DNA from: Paraphysomonas bandaiensis
Lineage: Eukaryota > Protista > Chrysophyceae
Assembly: GCA_965644295.1 (NCBI GenBank)
Contig: CBFFRP010000210.1
Span: forward strand, 1-64,000
Direction: 5' to 3'
Length of the DNA stretch: 64,000 nucleotides
The notes below the pieces were generated by a model. That model was not told where the DNA came from and ran no database searches. It was given only the letters and a program-made list of their open reading frames with translations. A program made the position numbers and the translations under genes. Of this stretch, positions 10,746 to 23,900 are shown piece by piece. Every line of letters begins with the position of its first letter. Within the stretch, counting starts at the first letter, position 1.

Positions 10746-11059
10746 GATAGCTTAACAGTTCTTCGACTATACTAATAGTCTATATATATATATATATGTA
10801 TGTATGTAGGTATGTATGTATATGGGGAGATAGTCAGTATATTTTTGCTCACCTTTCCTTCGACCACATATACGATATCTTTAAACGACTGAGATAGTTT
10901 CAGTTTATAAGGCTTTTTGAAATATATATCTGTATGAACGTATGTGTGTATTTGTGGTGTGTACTGCTGTATATACGTACGTATGTACGAAAAACATATA
11001 TGTATATAGGTACATATACTTAGGTACATATGTGGGTTGCTTGATCGTCGTATAGAGGC

Positions 11060-11195
11060 GTATGCGTCATAGTTTTCGGGAATAAATTGAAGTAAAATTT
11101 CTCTATATTACTGAAGTATAACTACGGCTAGAGTATAGACAATTGTTGTCTCAATATTAGAGGCATCTGTGAACAAAAATATACAAAGGATGCCG
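11060..11195 (-). repeat. ~135-bp dispersed element upstream of RPL36; homologues at 33692-33827 and 42284-42420
   Basis: Shared cores GATGCCTCTAATATTGAGACAACAATT and TTTATTCCCGAAA; about 80% similar by eye. Confidence 0.75.
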
Positions 11196-12829
11196 TTGGC
11201 TGTTGCTGGATATCCACATGTGCGCATAGATACAGCCATGCATGTCATATCTAGATGTTGCTCGTAGCGACGAGTCCATGTACACATCAATTGTCACTAC
11301 AGTATAATGCAATCGAGACACAGTCATCTGCTGTATGAAGCCATAAACCATGAAACTGGAGATACATACACTCCTTAAGAGCTACATGAACCTCATGAAT
11401 GATTGAAATCAGTTGCCAGATAACAACACGCTCACTACAGCAGTTAACGGGCTCATACATATACAACAACACTGAGGAGCTGGTATCCATAGACTCTATT
11501 GATTACTGATATATATGATCTCTCTACTACACAATCAAACGTCCTCAAACTACATGAGATCGTCATGTTGAAACCGGCCGGAGGACATCAGTGCTCTGGT
11601 GGTCATGAAGGGGCTATGTGTCCATAGGGTGACAGTTACGTGAATGAAATTCATAATATCATGAATTTTGTGAGCGTACTCGAAACATGTAATTGTTTTA
11701 TAACCTACTGTGTATATTGGGACAAAATTACCACTCTCTGGCTGTAATTCATGCCATGTGTACTAAGTATCCAACTTTAGTGCTAGGAGAATTACTTGTA
11801 TATTTCCGCAGATACTGAGCTGCCACAAAGCGTTTCGTGCTATGGACATATCGAAGTCTTACCGTATTCGAGTCGTCTCCATCTAATACATATGTTTGTT
11901 TAGAAGAGTAGTATAGTCGCTTTAATTGCGAAAAAAAATCATAGCTGGGTATAAGTAATAAATAATATAAAGGATAGTACAATAAACAATATACAATACA
12001 GCCTTTCATGTATAACATCCCTCGTTCTTGCAGCTTTATTAATTACGATGATATAGCTAACTGTCTAACTGTTATATTCAATGAGCGATACACTTCGTAT
12101 TGTTAGTTAAAGAATTCACACGAAGAATATACCCTTGTAGTATAGTAGCAATTATATCCAATCACATAACAATATCTTGTACAGTCACGTATCTTATATG
12201 ATCTGATGATATTTCAGTTAATTATTATATAGGACGTGTATAATATATATATATGTTCAGGAGTATACGTGAATTAGTGAATCTTACTATTATTATTTAC
12301 GAGAGAGTACAGTTTGCACTATTCTGTCATGACTAGAAATTGTGATTGCGTTAATTTTATTAGTTCATTTTATTGTGAAAAAACTGTGATTAGATATGAT
12401 CTTCAGCGTACTTTTACGTATTTTACAAAAGTTAAAACTGATTAGTAGTAGTAGTTGTTCTACTTCACTTGTTTCAAACTTTGCAACTGGAATATATTTG
12501 ATCAGAATCAACCAGTAGGAATCTATATATATATCGTGGGCCAATTTGATGAATGTGTAGAAGAAAACAATATGAGAAGCAATATGACCATAATTTATTC
12601 ATGTGAACTAGTGCAACAGCATTTTCACAGATAAATTTTCATCTTTAATGTAACAAACACTGCAACTGTAGCCTGATACAATAGTCATTGTAGCTACATT
12701 TCCTTTGAGAAACTTGAGTACTTCAACATATATAATATGTAGTACGCCATACATATCATGTTCAGTTAATCTCTGACACTCACAAAACTTTGAAATGTCA
12801 CCACCATTTCATATTGAAACAACTCCGAA

Positions 12830-14752
12830 CTAGTAACTAGAGGAGGCCATCGAGATTATAGTATTATAAAACTCTTTAAACTCTGGGAAACCAATTCTAC
12901 CATCTCGGTCAGTGTCGATAGCAGCAAATAACTCCTCGATATTGGACACACTGATGGGCTGGAAACCGGTGGGATTAACTCGTTTATTCTCCAACATGCA
13001 CCCCACAGCAAGGTTGAAGTCTTGAAGATTGACATACCCTGTGTCAGTAATGTCGAATATACTGAAGTACATTCTGATTACATCCTCATCAACAGGATGA
13101 CGATCCTCCTCTGGTTGAAAGGCTAGCATCGTTATGAGAAACTCCTTCAAACTAATAGTACCTGCGGTGAAACATGAGCAACAACAAGGATGGCTGGAGC
13201 AAGAAACATCCAGCGACAGAACACTCACCAGTATTACCGACATCAAACACATTAAACACACCGCGCTGTGCGAGATTCGGCAGTCCTGCTTGAGTAATAA
13301 TATTGGCGAACTCCTCGTATGTGATTTCCTTCTCTACCGCAAAACCTCCGTCTTCAGTTCGAGTGTTGTTGGTTGACATAGACGTGACCACTAATTTCTT
13401 GAAAGTATTAATCCGATTGCGAAACTCAATTGTACCACTTGACATATCTCTTTTAGCCCGCACAGGACTGGAAGGGTCTCCTCCTGACGCTCCAGTCGCA
13501 CTCTCCGCCAGACCATCAGTTAGTTTTTCAGTGCTAGTAGGAACGGTTACTATCTTCTTACGCATCACAGGAATGAGCTCAGTTAAGTGCTCACGTCTTA
13601 TTTTACTGCTCTCTCCAACAGTGTTCTGAACAAAAAACGTTCGCATCCTCTGCCGTAGGGCAAGATGCTTAACTCGGGTGAAGTATTCTGCGCCAAGGTC
13701 AGAATCGGGCACCTGTGTAGACATCCAAGGGTGCCGAAGGATCTGCTCGATATTGAGTCTATCTTCCGGGTTCCTAACTAGTATGCGGCGTACCAAGTCC
13801 ATCGCTTTGTCACTGATGCCCTCCCAACCCCTCCCCACCATGGGGAAATATTTGCCAGAAGCAGACTGCTCAGGGTTCTCCGGGTGGAAAGGAGTCAGAC
13901 CAGAGAGCATGCTATAGAGACAACACCCTGCCTGCCATAAGTCGGAATAACTAGCGTACTCACAGTGGGAGAGAGTCTCAGGAGCAATGTAACCACGAGT
14001 TCCACAGGCTTTTTTTCTGATAAACATATCCCCGGGATTATTTATCTTTACCATGAGTCCAAAGTCAACTATTTTAATCTATTTTATTCACTTAAATGAG
14101 ACATACAGCAAATATTGTAACACACCCTCACCTTCGAGTCATCTTCAGGATCTTCAAACATGATATTCTCTAGTTTTAAGTCACAGTGAATATAATTCTT
14201 CTCATGAATACTCTTTAATGCTAAAATAAATCCTTTAAACATGCGCTTTAAATCCAATTCAGAAACAGTTGTTCGATTATGTATTCTATCTAGTATAGTT
14301 CCATAATCAAGCAACTGCATTACTATAACAGGATACGTGTGTTTCCATATCTTCCCATCTTTACTACTAACGATACCATTCGGTGTATCCATGAATGTAT
14401 CATATAACTGAACAGCACCAGGAACCCCTTGAAGGGATTTCAAGATATCAATCTCTGTTTGTATAGATGTTATATGAGGCTCTCGTTTAGTGTAACCGAA
14501 ACATTTTAATGCTACAGTGAGACTGCTGCTCCTCCTGTATGCTCGATAGACAACCCCCATACCACCTTGTGCGATAAAGGAGAGGATTGTGATGTCATGA
14601 GATGGATAAGGGGGGTAAGAAGAAGGGGATAGAGGGGAGGATAGAGTGGAAGAGGGTGAGAGATTGGAGTTTACTGGAGTAAACGGAGGTATGTGGGTAG
14701 GGTCCTTTATAGGGTCTGTTGGGGGGAGATGACGTGATTCCAGGCATCCCAT
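12830..14752 (-). CDS. Calcium-dependent protein kinase (CDPK-like), 3 exons
   Basis: Exons 14752-14132, 14078-13229 and 13161-12830. Kinase motifs HCDLKLEN, DFG and GYIAPE; EF-hand loops DVGNTGTISLKE, DITDTGYVNLQD and DTDRDGRIGFPE; N-terminal MGC acylation signal. Confidence 0.9.
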
Positions 14753-14942
14753 GAGACTAGAGCGAAGGGGGAGGGGTGTTAAGGTGTGTTATAGGTCGAA
14801 AGGGTAAGTACATATGTGTATCATCTGAAATACATATACATACATATAAGTCACATGACTCCATATGAAGAACACATACATAGATGATCATCACACCATA
14901 CTTCTACATAGGCTTCATAGTAGGATTTCCTACATGGTACGC

Positions 14943-15254
14943 ATGTATGTATGTATGTATGTATGTATGTATGTATGTATGTATGTATGTATGTATGTAT
15001 GTATGTATGTATGTATGTATGTATGTATGTATGTATGTATGTATGTATGTATGTATGTATGTATGTATGTATGTATGTATGTATGTATGTATGTATGTAT
15101 GTATGTATGTATGTATGTATGTATGTATGTATGTATGTATGTATGTATGTATGTATGTATGTATGTATGTATGTATGTATGTATGTATGTATGTATGTAT
15201 GTATGTATGTATGTATGTATGTATGTATGTATGTATGTATGTATGTATGTATGT
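14943..15254. repeat. Perfect (TATG)n microsatellite, ~310 bp
   Basis: Directly visible; explains the MYVC/HTYI pseudo-ORFs. Confidence 0.99.
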
Positions 15255-15385
15255 ACATTTATGATATGAGGGGCTCGCTAAGTATCAATCCTCATAACTA
15301 ACCCACCCTTATCTACACAACCCACCTTGCCTCAGGTGCAATATAACAGGATCATCCGACTACATTTCCACCACAGGCGAGTGCA

Positions 15386-18098
15386 ATGGCTGATCCTGCG
15401 CTAGGTAATCTCTCTATACACTTTATATCTTATATATAACACATACATACTCATATATATATAGAACTAGGTCCCTCGAATGGAAACAGGCTCAGAGTGT
15501 CATTTGGGGAGTCTCCACAGGTGTCTGATAGAGCGGCGAGGAGAAGGAGTTCTCCGAAAGATATCTCTCAAAAGCGTTAGTGACTACACACATATACACA
15601 CATATAGTACACGCTGATATATATATAGGCATACACACACACTGATATATATACATACATACACATATATGCTGATATAAATATGTACATAACTGATATA
15701 GATATGCTTCATTCTCTCACAGGCCGCTCGAGTTTTGTGTACGAGCAAGTATCAGACAAAGCGGACCCCACCCACCGCATCAAGAGACAGTTTTCAAAGA
15801 AGGGAACTGTAATTGTAACGACTAAGTACGTCATGTAAAGATATAGATGTCTCTGTAACCATGCATTCAGAGTGGATTGCGTGATAGATAGAGGAAGGCA
15901 TGTCCAAGTCAACGATTATCATATGCTAAAGTCCCTTGGAAAGGTTGTCTCACTACAGTCATAAACGACCCCGCTCATACTTTTTATAGGGTGCATACGG
16001 TGAGGTGAAGCTTGCTGCCAAGGACCTCACGGAAGATGACTTTGGTGCTACTCATGAAAAGTATGTGTCTCCTTTGTAGGTTATTTATTGTTATTATTTG
16101 CGAAAAGGTTCGCAATCAAAATTTTGAAGCGAAACCCCGCTGGGGATGAGAGGCGCGCCTTCCATATGCGCCGGAGTAGCGGTGGATCTGATGTTCTTCC
16201 CCCAGTTTCACCAGAACTGCAGTCTACTTCGTCGAATACCTCTGTGGCAGTTAGTACAGCCTCGGTTGTTTTCCTTTGTTCTAATACTTTGATTTGTGTA
16301 CTTCCAGGCGGAAGAAATTACCACTAATTTATCGGAATCTCTTGCTCAAGAAATCGCTATCCTGAAGATACTGGTACACCCCAATTTGGTGAAACTATTA
16401 GAGATAATTAATGACGAGAACTCGAAGTATGTGTACCTGGTTTTGGAGCATATAGAAGGCGGAACAGTGATGGTGTTCGACGAGGCCAAGGGTCAGTACG
16501 TATATCGCCTCACGAAGAGGGTGATGCTTGAGTCAACGGCCAGAAAAACCTTTAAAGACCTCATAAGCGCCCTCAGTTACCTACATGCCAACCATATTGC
16601 CCATCGTAAGTCTTTGTAATGTCCCTTCTATGACTCTTGATTTTGAAAATTACAGGTGACATCAAACCGGATAACCTTTTGGTAGATTTTAAAGGAAACC
16701 TGAAACTCAGTGATTTTGGGGTCTCATCTCACTTCGAGAGCGACAGAAAGAAGTCTGCTATTAGTCTGGTCGCCCTAGCAAGGTCCAAAAGTAGAGGTGC
16801 GGTCAGTCAGACGGAAGGGACATACTCCTTCTATAGCCCAGAGATGTGCACAGTGAAGACTGGAACTGGCTACTCAGCGTATATGGCCGATATGTGGGCT
16901 GCTTCCATCTGCCTCTGGATATTCGTATTTGGGAAGGTACCGTTCTACCATCCTGAAGTAATGACGCTCTTCCAAATGATTAGGTACGTCAAGGGTTTGT
17001 CTGTGTTTGTCTCAAGCCAGTTGTATTATTCACAGGGAGGAAGACCCCATTAAGCCACACAGAGTTTCACCTGGTATGTTGTACTCATATCTCTGTACTT
17101 GTATTTACGTATACTACCAGAATTGGAGCACTTGTTTGATATGCTTCTTCAGAAAGATGTGGGGGTCAGGTAGGTTATTGTATTGTGCTGGTAATTGGAT
17201 CATTAATGATCACCGACAGACCCAGTGCGGCGCATGTACGGCACCACTGCTGGTTAACTGGAGAGACTCTATTCGAGTACCTGAAGAGCGAAGAGGATTC
17301 AGGAGACTCTTCCTCCTCTGATTACGGAGAAGAAGATATTACGGTCCAGGTACTCGACACTCTACGTGCAGATGACATTGAGTGCGAGATAGAAAATGAA
17401 GGTATCGTAATAGTATATTGTAGTGTCACTTGGTTACGTTTGTTTCCAGAACCTAAACTACCCAAATACGTTGAAAACGTTATTCGCAAGTGAGTATTTT
17501 AGAAACTTGAGAGCACAATGTAAATATGCTAATATTCTCTTAGGAAAGCGCAGGAAGCTAAAGAACGATGTCGCATGAGGCATGAAGAATTTGTAAAAAA
17601 TGCCAACATTGAAATGAAGTAAGATATACAACTTAAACTGTCTTGCTGTAATGTTGGTATCAGTTTGCTCTTAAGAAAGGCCCAACAACGTGTCCATATA
17701 TCTTTAGTGGAGGAGTCAGAAGAGGAGTCGTCGGTATGTGTACTTTTGTGATAAAGTGTTATTGTCCTCACATTTTAACAAGCTCGACGACATGAGCATA
17801 TCAAGCGATGATTCTGACCCATTAGGTGAGTCGAAAAAATAAAATAATAAAACTACTAATATGAGTACATATAGGGCGCATATCATCTTTTATTGATGAT
17901 AGTACCCGTGGAATAGGTTCTACAGGTGCTGTAGCTGTCTTGAAAATGCTTTCTGAACCAGAAGATTCCGACATATCACCATCTAAAAAGCATGGTTCTA
18001 ACAAGATTAGAGGCAGAGATGATGAAGATGAATACAGCGATACGTCTGAAGATTATGAGCAGTCATTTTTGTCTAAATTTTGTTTCTGTTGCTCTTAG
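15386..18098 (+). CDS. Multi-exon Ser/Thr kinase of CaMKK/GRIK/Sak1 type
   Basis: Spliced motifs VNDYHMLKSLGK|GAYGEVKLA, EIAILKILVHPNLVKLLEII, HR|DIKPDNLL, DFGVS, EGTYSFYSPE and ADMWA. Acidic tail ending FCFCCS*. Start and minor exon boundaries are approximate. Confidence 0.82.
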
Positions 18099-19599
18099 TA
18101 AATGTGTATTTCTTAATGTGCTTTGCTTTAGTCATTCGAAAATATGTGCCGTTTATTGATTTACACTAAAATAACCTAGAATAACGAATTTGTACAATAT
18201 ATTTCGTGTTTCATTGTATGCTTAGTATGAATGGTATATCAGGTCAATTTTTATGTGTTTTTGGTTTGTGATGATCTTTGCTGAAGTCCGGTATGTAGAG
18301 TACTGCACAACGTTAAAGTAGCCACCAATATTTTGGTGTGAACGGTTATGATTTTTGTGTGTAATGCATAATGCAGATACCTATAATATTGACTAAGATA
18401 GAAAGTAGTATATGGGAGAATAGCAATTGCTTATAATTCTATACATATGAGTGAATGACAATAGTTAACGCGTTAAAGTTTAAAGTATGTCGTGTTTAAG
18501 ACTTCAGAATACATACTGTGTACTGTGTGTAGCCTTCTTGGTGGTTTACATAATTATCATAAGCTGATCGCCTTAAGGACAGAGAGCGATAGTTGTAGCA
18601 CCTTCGCGCTTGCTGTGAAGAAGCCAAATATTAGAATATCAGAGTTAAGCACTAGTTTGCTACATTAAAGTCGATGTGATCAACAAACCTGATAAAACGG
18701 TCAAAACCTAATGAAATTTTGAAAAAGTTGATTTGAGTTGAGTTTTTGAAGCGTTTAGCAGTAGATAATGTAGTGAATGTAAAGAAAACATGTTTTTAAT
18801 GACATTTAATAACTTTTATATTAGTTACAGATCAAAAACGTGAGAATGTCACGGTTACATTATACGTATAATATATATCAATATGTATACCTATTGCTAA
18901 TAATCTGACATTCACTACTGCCTGATTCTAATATGATAAACTACTTCAGAGTACTCAAAGAATAGATTACTAGGATCTAGATATACATATTGACAAGCGA
19001 AACGTTACTCTAAGCATATACACATTGAGACATAGATTACTCCATTGTAGATATAATTAAGTAAGGCTTTCAGTACGACCATCATATATATCAAGTAGCA
19101 GATACTAGAGTAGTGTACAGATACACATATGTGCAACACATATCAACTTCAAACCCTCTACTTACAGCTGAGTTTCTGAGACTATAACTCCTTCACTATG
19201 TAAATTTCTAGTGGGTAAAGAGGCATTGTATTATGCTGGGTATATCAGGCAAGTGAGGTGCCTTGGTTTTATTTAGTGTGATGTGGATATGGAGTGTATT
19301 CGTGTTGTAAAGTAGTATGTTCCTGCCTAAAATAAGAAAAAGCATAAACACATTATATAATATATAAAATCTTATGGATTATATAGGTACCGCTTCATCT
19401 GTAAACCTGGTTGTTTAGTAAAAGCATTAAACAGTTTATAATGTGCATGGTCGACACCAAATTGGCTATTACTCCGTGTGGTTTCATTTTCCCTCGATAT
19501 CAGACCGCCTGTTTTAGTCTAACCACTCTGCTCGTTATATACTTAAATTAGTGACAGAAGTCTTCTTAGAACAATGATCTACATGTCTTACCTTCTTCA

Positions 19600-20400
19600 G
19601 TGGCACAATATTTCAACTAGGATCGCCGAACCACCGCGGAGCCCACATAGGTTTCATATTTTCCTTGAACAAAATCGGATAAAAGATTTTTTTCTTTCTG
19701 TTTGATAATCAGTGGTTCCAAATTTTATAGTCATGACGCCATTTGACCACTCTATATTTGTAGTTATCACACCATCGACATTATCCAATCTACTCATAGT
19801 TGAAACTCATATCACAGTATATAAAGAAGCAAAAATATTCTCTCATGTCTTGAATGATTTCTTTTGGTGAGCCTTATGGCCAAGAAAATTGAAAGCACTT
19901 TTCCCTTCTTATGCCGTTGCGCGTTTTACTTCCTACATCCCTTTATAGGTAGCAATGGATGCACGCAAAGCCATATTCACGCCCCCAAGCCATAGATAGC
20001 CGTATTTTACCATACTTTGACAGGCTTATTGACACCAACATCGGGATAACTCTTGTAATTCTGATAAGCCTGCACACTTACGGTTACTTTATCGTTCTCG
20101 GATTCATATCGTATAAAGTGTCGACTTCAACATGATCACTGCTGGTTGCCTTTCGCAATGATTTCATTACGTCTTTTCCTTTTATTCTATTTGGGTAGGT
20201 CGTTACCAAATTGAGATGGCTGTAAAGTGATGCTTTGCAACAGTTGAGACAGTTGTGTCTATTAGAAGCTTCATAACGTATATATATTAGCTTCTGCAAT
20301 GCATTTGATAGCTTCGCCATCGTCATGTTTAGTATGCATCTTGAGTATCTTACACTTGAACAACAAGACACAGTCTAGCTTGCTCCATTGCATAGCACTG
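19600..20400 (-). pseudogene. Decayed Crypton-like tyrosine recombinase
   Basis: Minus-strand fragments EGKSAFNFLGHKA and FASLYTVI*VSTMSRLDNVDGVITTNIEWSNGVMTIKFGTT..QT resemble stramenopile CryptonS motifs; stops and frameshifts present. Boundaries approximate. Confidence 0.55.
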
Positions 20401-20978
20401 TTACTGTTAGCTGGTGTACATGAAATGTCCAGTCTAGATACTGTAGCTTTTATATGTAAAAAGTGCACTTTTATACTTGAAATAAGGGTTTTTTGAACTT
20501 AGGGCTGTAAAAACTGTTGATATGTAATAGACTCGAAGCGCTTTTTTTTGGCCTGTACATTGAGTAGATAATACTGCTGTGTATATACCGGTATACCGGT
20601 AGATGCCATACAGTCCGCTGAATGTATTTTTGAATCACAAAATTCAAATTTGTATGAAGGTTTTGCGTATATGTCTATGTATGTATGTATATGTATGTAG
20701 ATAGCCGTATAGGGGGAGGTACGTGTATATATATGAGTGTATAGTATATAGATATGTATGTAGATGGATGTAGAGTTCACAAGATGTTTATATGACGAGT
20801 AAGAGTTTGATATCATCTCTACAAGTTGATAGATTTGATCTATTATGAGGTTGTTCATTACAATACACAACATACACTGATCTGTTGATTTAATTACATC
20901 AACAGTGAGGTAAATACACGCGTAGATCTGTCTGTTCATATATATATATATATACTCATATAACTAGCTATTATCTTC

Positions 20979-23900
20979 ATGAATAAGCACACAGATCATA
21001 CAGTTATATCCGGTAAGAGATTAGGAACAGGAGAACATCCAACTGTTGTGTTTGATTGGGGTAATAATATACACGAGACACCCTCTATACCTGTGCGTAC
21101 AGACCGGATCGAAATCGTTAAAGGTCAAAGAGTGGATTTACATCAATTATCACCATCAACTAAATTGAATAATGAGGGAAAGAACCCATTGAATGGAAGT
21201 AAACCGAAGCAGAGGACTCTTACCCCACCAGCTCGTAGGCCTACAAAGCCTAACACTATCAGTGCAAGTAGAAAATCAGGAGCAAAGATTGACAATAGTC
21301 ATACAGTAAGTAAACGACCACATCATCTTCCAGGTTCAACTGTTCCTCATCTGCGACCTGGTTCTGCAAGAACTCAAAGTGCAGCTAAGTGGCTCCATGA
21401 AGAAAAGAATAAGGTTTTGTAGAATAAATTCGTCCAGTATCGTTCTCTTAATGGATATTTTGCAGATCCAGTCTTCAAAGGAAGATCTCCAGCGACGGCT
21501 CGAAAAGATGCGCCAGCTTGACAATGAAAGGCGAGCGAAGGCGAGTGAACAAGCTGAAGCACAGACGGATACTGACATGCAATTGGCACGAACTGGAAAA
21601 GATCCTACTCATTCCTCGGCATTTTCCACTGCTGTGCTGCGACGTTTGTCCCGCAACAAAGATAAAGAAAAAGACGATGAGAGGGAGAGGCGGAACGTGG
21701 CCGACCGTCCATTCTATGCGCGCGCTACGGTAGACAATGAAAGCGCAGCTGGGTCAACCATGGGGTCCTCTTACAGCGGTCGACCTGCGGTTCCTCGACT
21801 GAGTAAAGTTGTTGTGTTTAGGAGCAGTAAGGATGGTACAGAACAACAGCCTGAGGACCGCCGAGTTTCCGCCTCTGATCACACCGCCGATGATGTTTGT
21901 GAACTAAGTTCGTCTGATGACGAGGGGTGCAAAAAAATTGACAGTCGAAAGGGGGATGCTCTGTTAGTGGTGGCTAGCGGGACTAATGTTGAACTTCCTT
22001 CTCCCGGTGTCGAGATACGCCTTAGACAACAAAATCTTAACTCATCCAATAGCGGAGAAGACTGGGGATTCGATGCAGGCGTGACTTCTAATGCACCTGC
22101 AGCAGTTGAGGGAGGTGAGGATGAGCAATCGTACGGGGGTGATTCTGACTTCGAAGGGGATGACGAACCTGCTGATTCTGCGTCTGGGGAGAATATGGAT
22201 GCTTTATCTGTCGGGATGCGATCGGCTGAGCACAGCACGACGAATACTCTGGAAATCAAACGTCAGAAGCGTAAGGAGGCTGCGAGGGAGTACCTGGAAC
22301 AGAGGCGTCGCAAAGCTGCGGAAGAGGCCAAGCGTAAACGAGAGCATGCGCGTAAGGAAGAGGAAGCGAGGAAGGCGCGCTTGGAGAATCTCGATGAGAC
22401 TCGCCGTGCAATCCTACGGTCCACGAAGAAGCACAAAGCGAAGTCTGTCGTAGAAAATGGTGGAGGTACTACTACTCATTCGTCCAAAGTGACAGGAGTA
22501 TCGGTATTTGGGGAGTCTATTTCTGCTAATTCCAGTGGTGCTGATGCGGCCTCGCCAAGGAGTTCAATTCAAGCACCCTCCATTGGCGTTCCATCAGAGC
22601 CAACGCACAACGGAGTTAGCGGAGTGAATATCGCTCTCGCTAGTGCTGTTCTTGGAGACGATTTCTTGCGTAGGGGGAAATCTGGGAATACTGAAAAGGA
22701 TGTACAGACTATACCAAGACGTCGCTCCCGTGTCTCCTCCCACACAACAGCCACAAATGCTAGAGCTCCACTCTCAACCGGCACAGTGTACAGGGATAGG
22801 GAATTTATTGGACTTGACGGTAAAAAGCGCGGTGGAATTCAGCAGCGGGAAAGGAGCAGGTCTGTTGGTTCCCTGAACAACAAACGCAGAGACTCTACTG
22901 CAGCTCCGAGGGCCAAATCCGCTGTACGTGATCAACCAGCTCCGCGAAGGTTTTTTGCTGGATCAGTAAATACTATATCCGGGGACAAACCTTCATCGAT
23001 GGAGAAGCCACGTGGTGCCCGTAGCGGGGAACGAGTGAAGCCTGACGTACCGAGACAACGCTCTCTTGGACCTTCGAAGTTGCGTCATACTGCTGCTCCC
23101 CGAGAGAAGACGACAGGTGCTGACAATAACAAGGAAAATGTTTCTGGTCCGAAACGAAATATTAAATTCACGCGAGGTGCACAGGGTAGTAACAAGCGTG
23201 TCCGGAAATCATCGCGTTCTCCACTTCGAAAGAAGAGATTGGGACACGACACTGACATGAATGCGCACATAGTAGATTTGATCAGTGATGATGTGCTACT
23301 TCCACCACGCAGTGCTGATGCTGATAAGTCTAGTGGCATTTCCGTCAATGCTCGCACTCCAGCTGAGTCTGTGCCTGACGACGACCTCATTAGGACGGTG
23401 CGTGAGATCATGCAATCCAGAGATGGAAGTGGGAATAAGGGCCCGATCTCTGGTAATAGTCCACCACAACCTGGAGATGTTACTATACTGGCCAGTAGAA
23501 ATGAGGCCGCCGCCGCTAGACTGATGCAATCCATTGATCGTCTACGAGGAGAGATGGCGGGATACTCGGATAATATTAAACAAATTGTGTCGGTAAGAGA
23601 AAGTACAGATGAAATTGCGCTATTGCGGGCCTCTATCCAATCAAGACTCTCGGCTGCCATAAGCGCAGCATCGGATCATAATTCAGACTCTGATGGTCCT
23701 CCATCTCCGCCTTCTGAATCGGGGGATGAAAGTGAAGGTGATTTGTGGAACGAGGGCTTAGACACGAGACATCAAAGGACTTCAGATATGACGGAAGACT
23801 TTGGGAAATTTTCGCCAAGTGACAGTATGTCTCACTCTAGTCCGTCCGTCCGAGAGGATTTAAGACACGACGATATCGCCAACCAGCCTCGCGTTGATAC

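Noticed and set aside
11287-12018. Short minus-strand ORFs
   Set aside because: No recognisable motif or consistent splice model; possibly decayed sequence.
14851-15301. MYVC/HTYI repeat ORFs
   Set aside because: Translations of the (TATG)n microsatellite.
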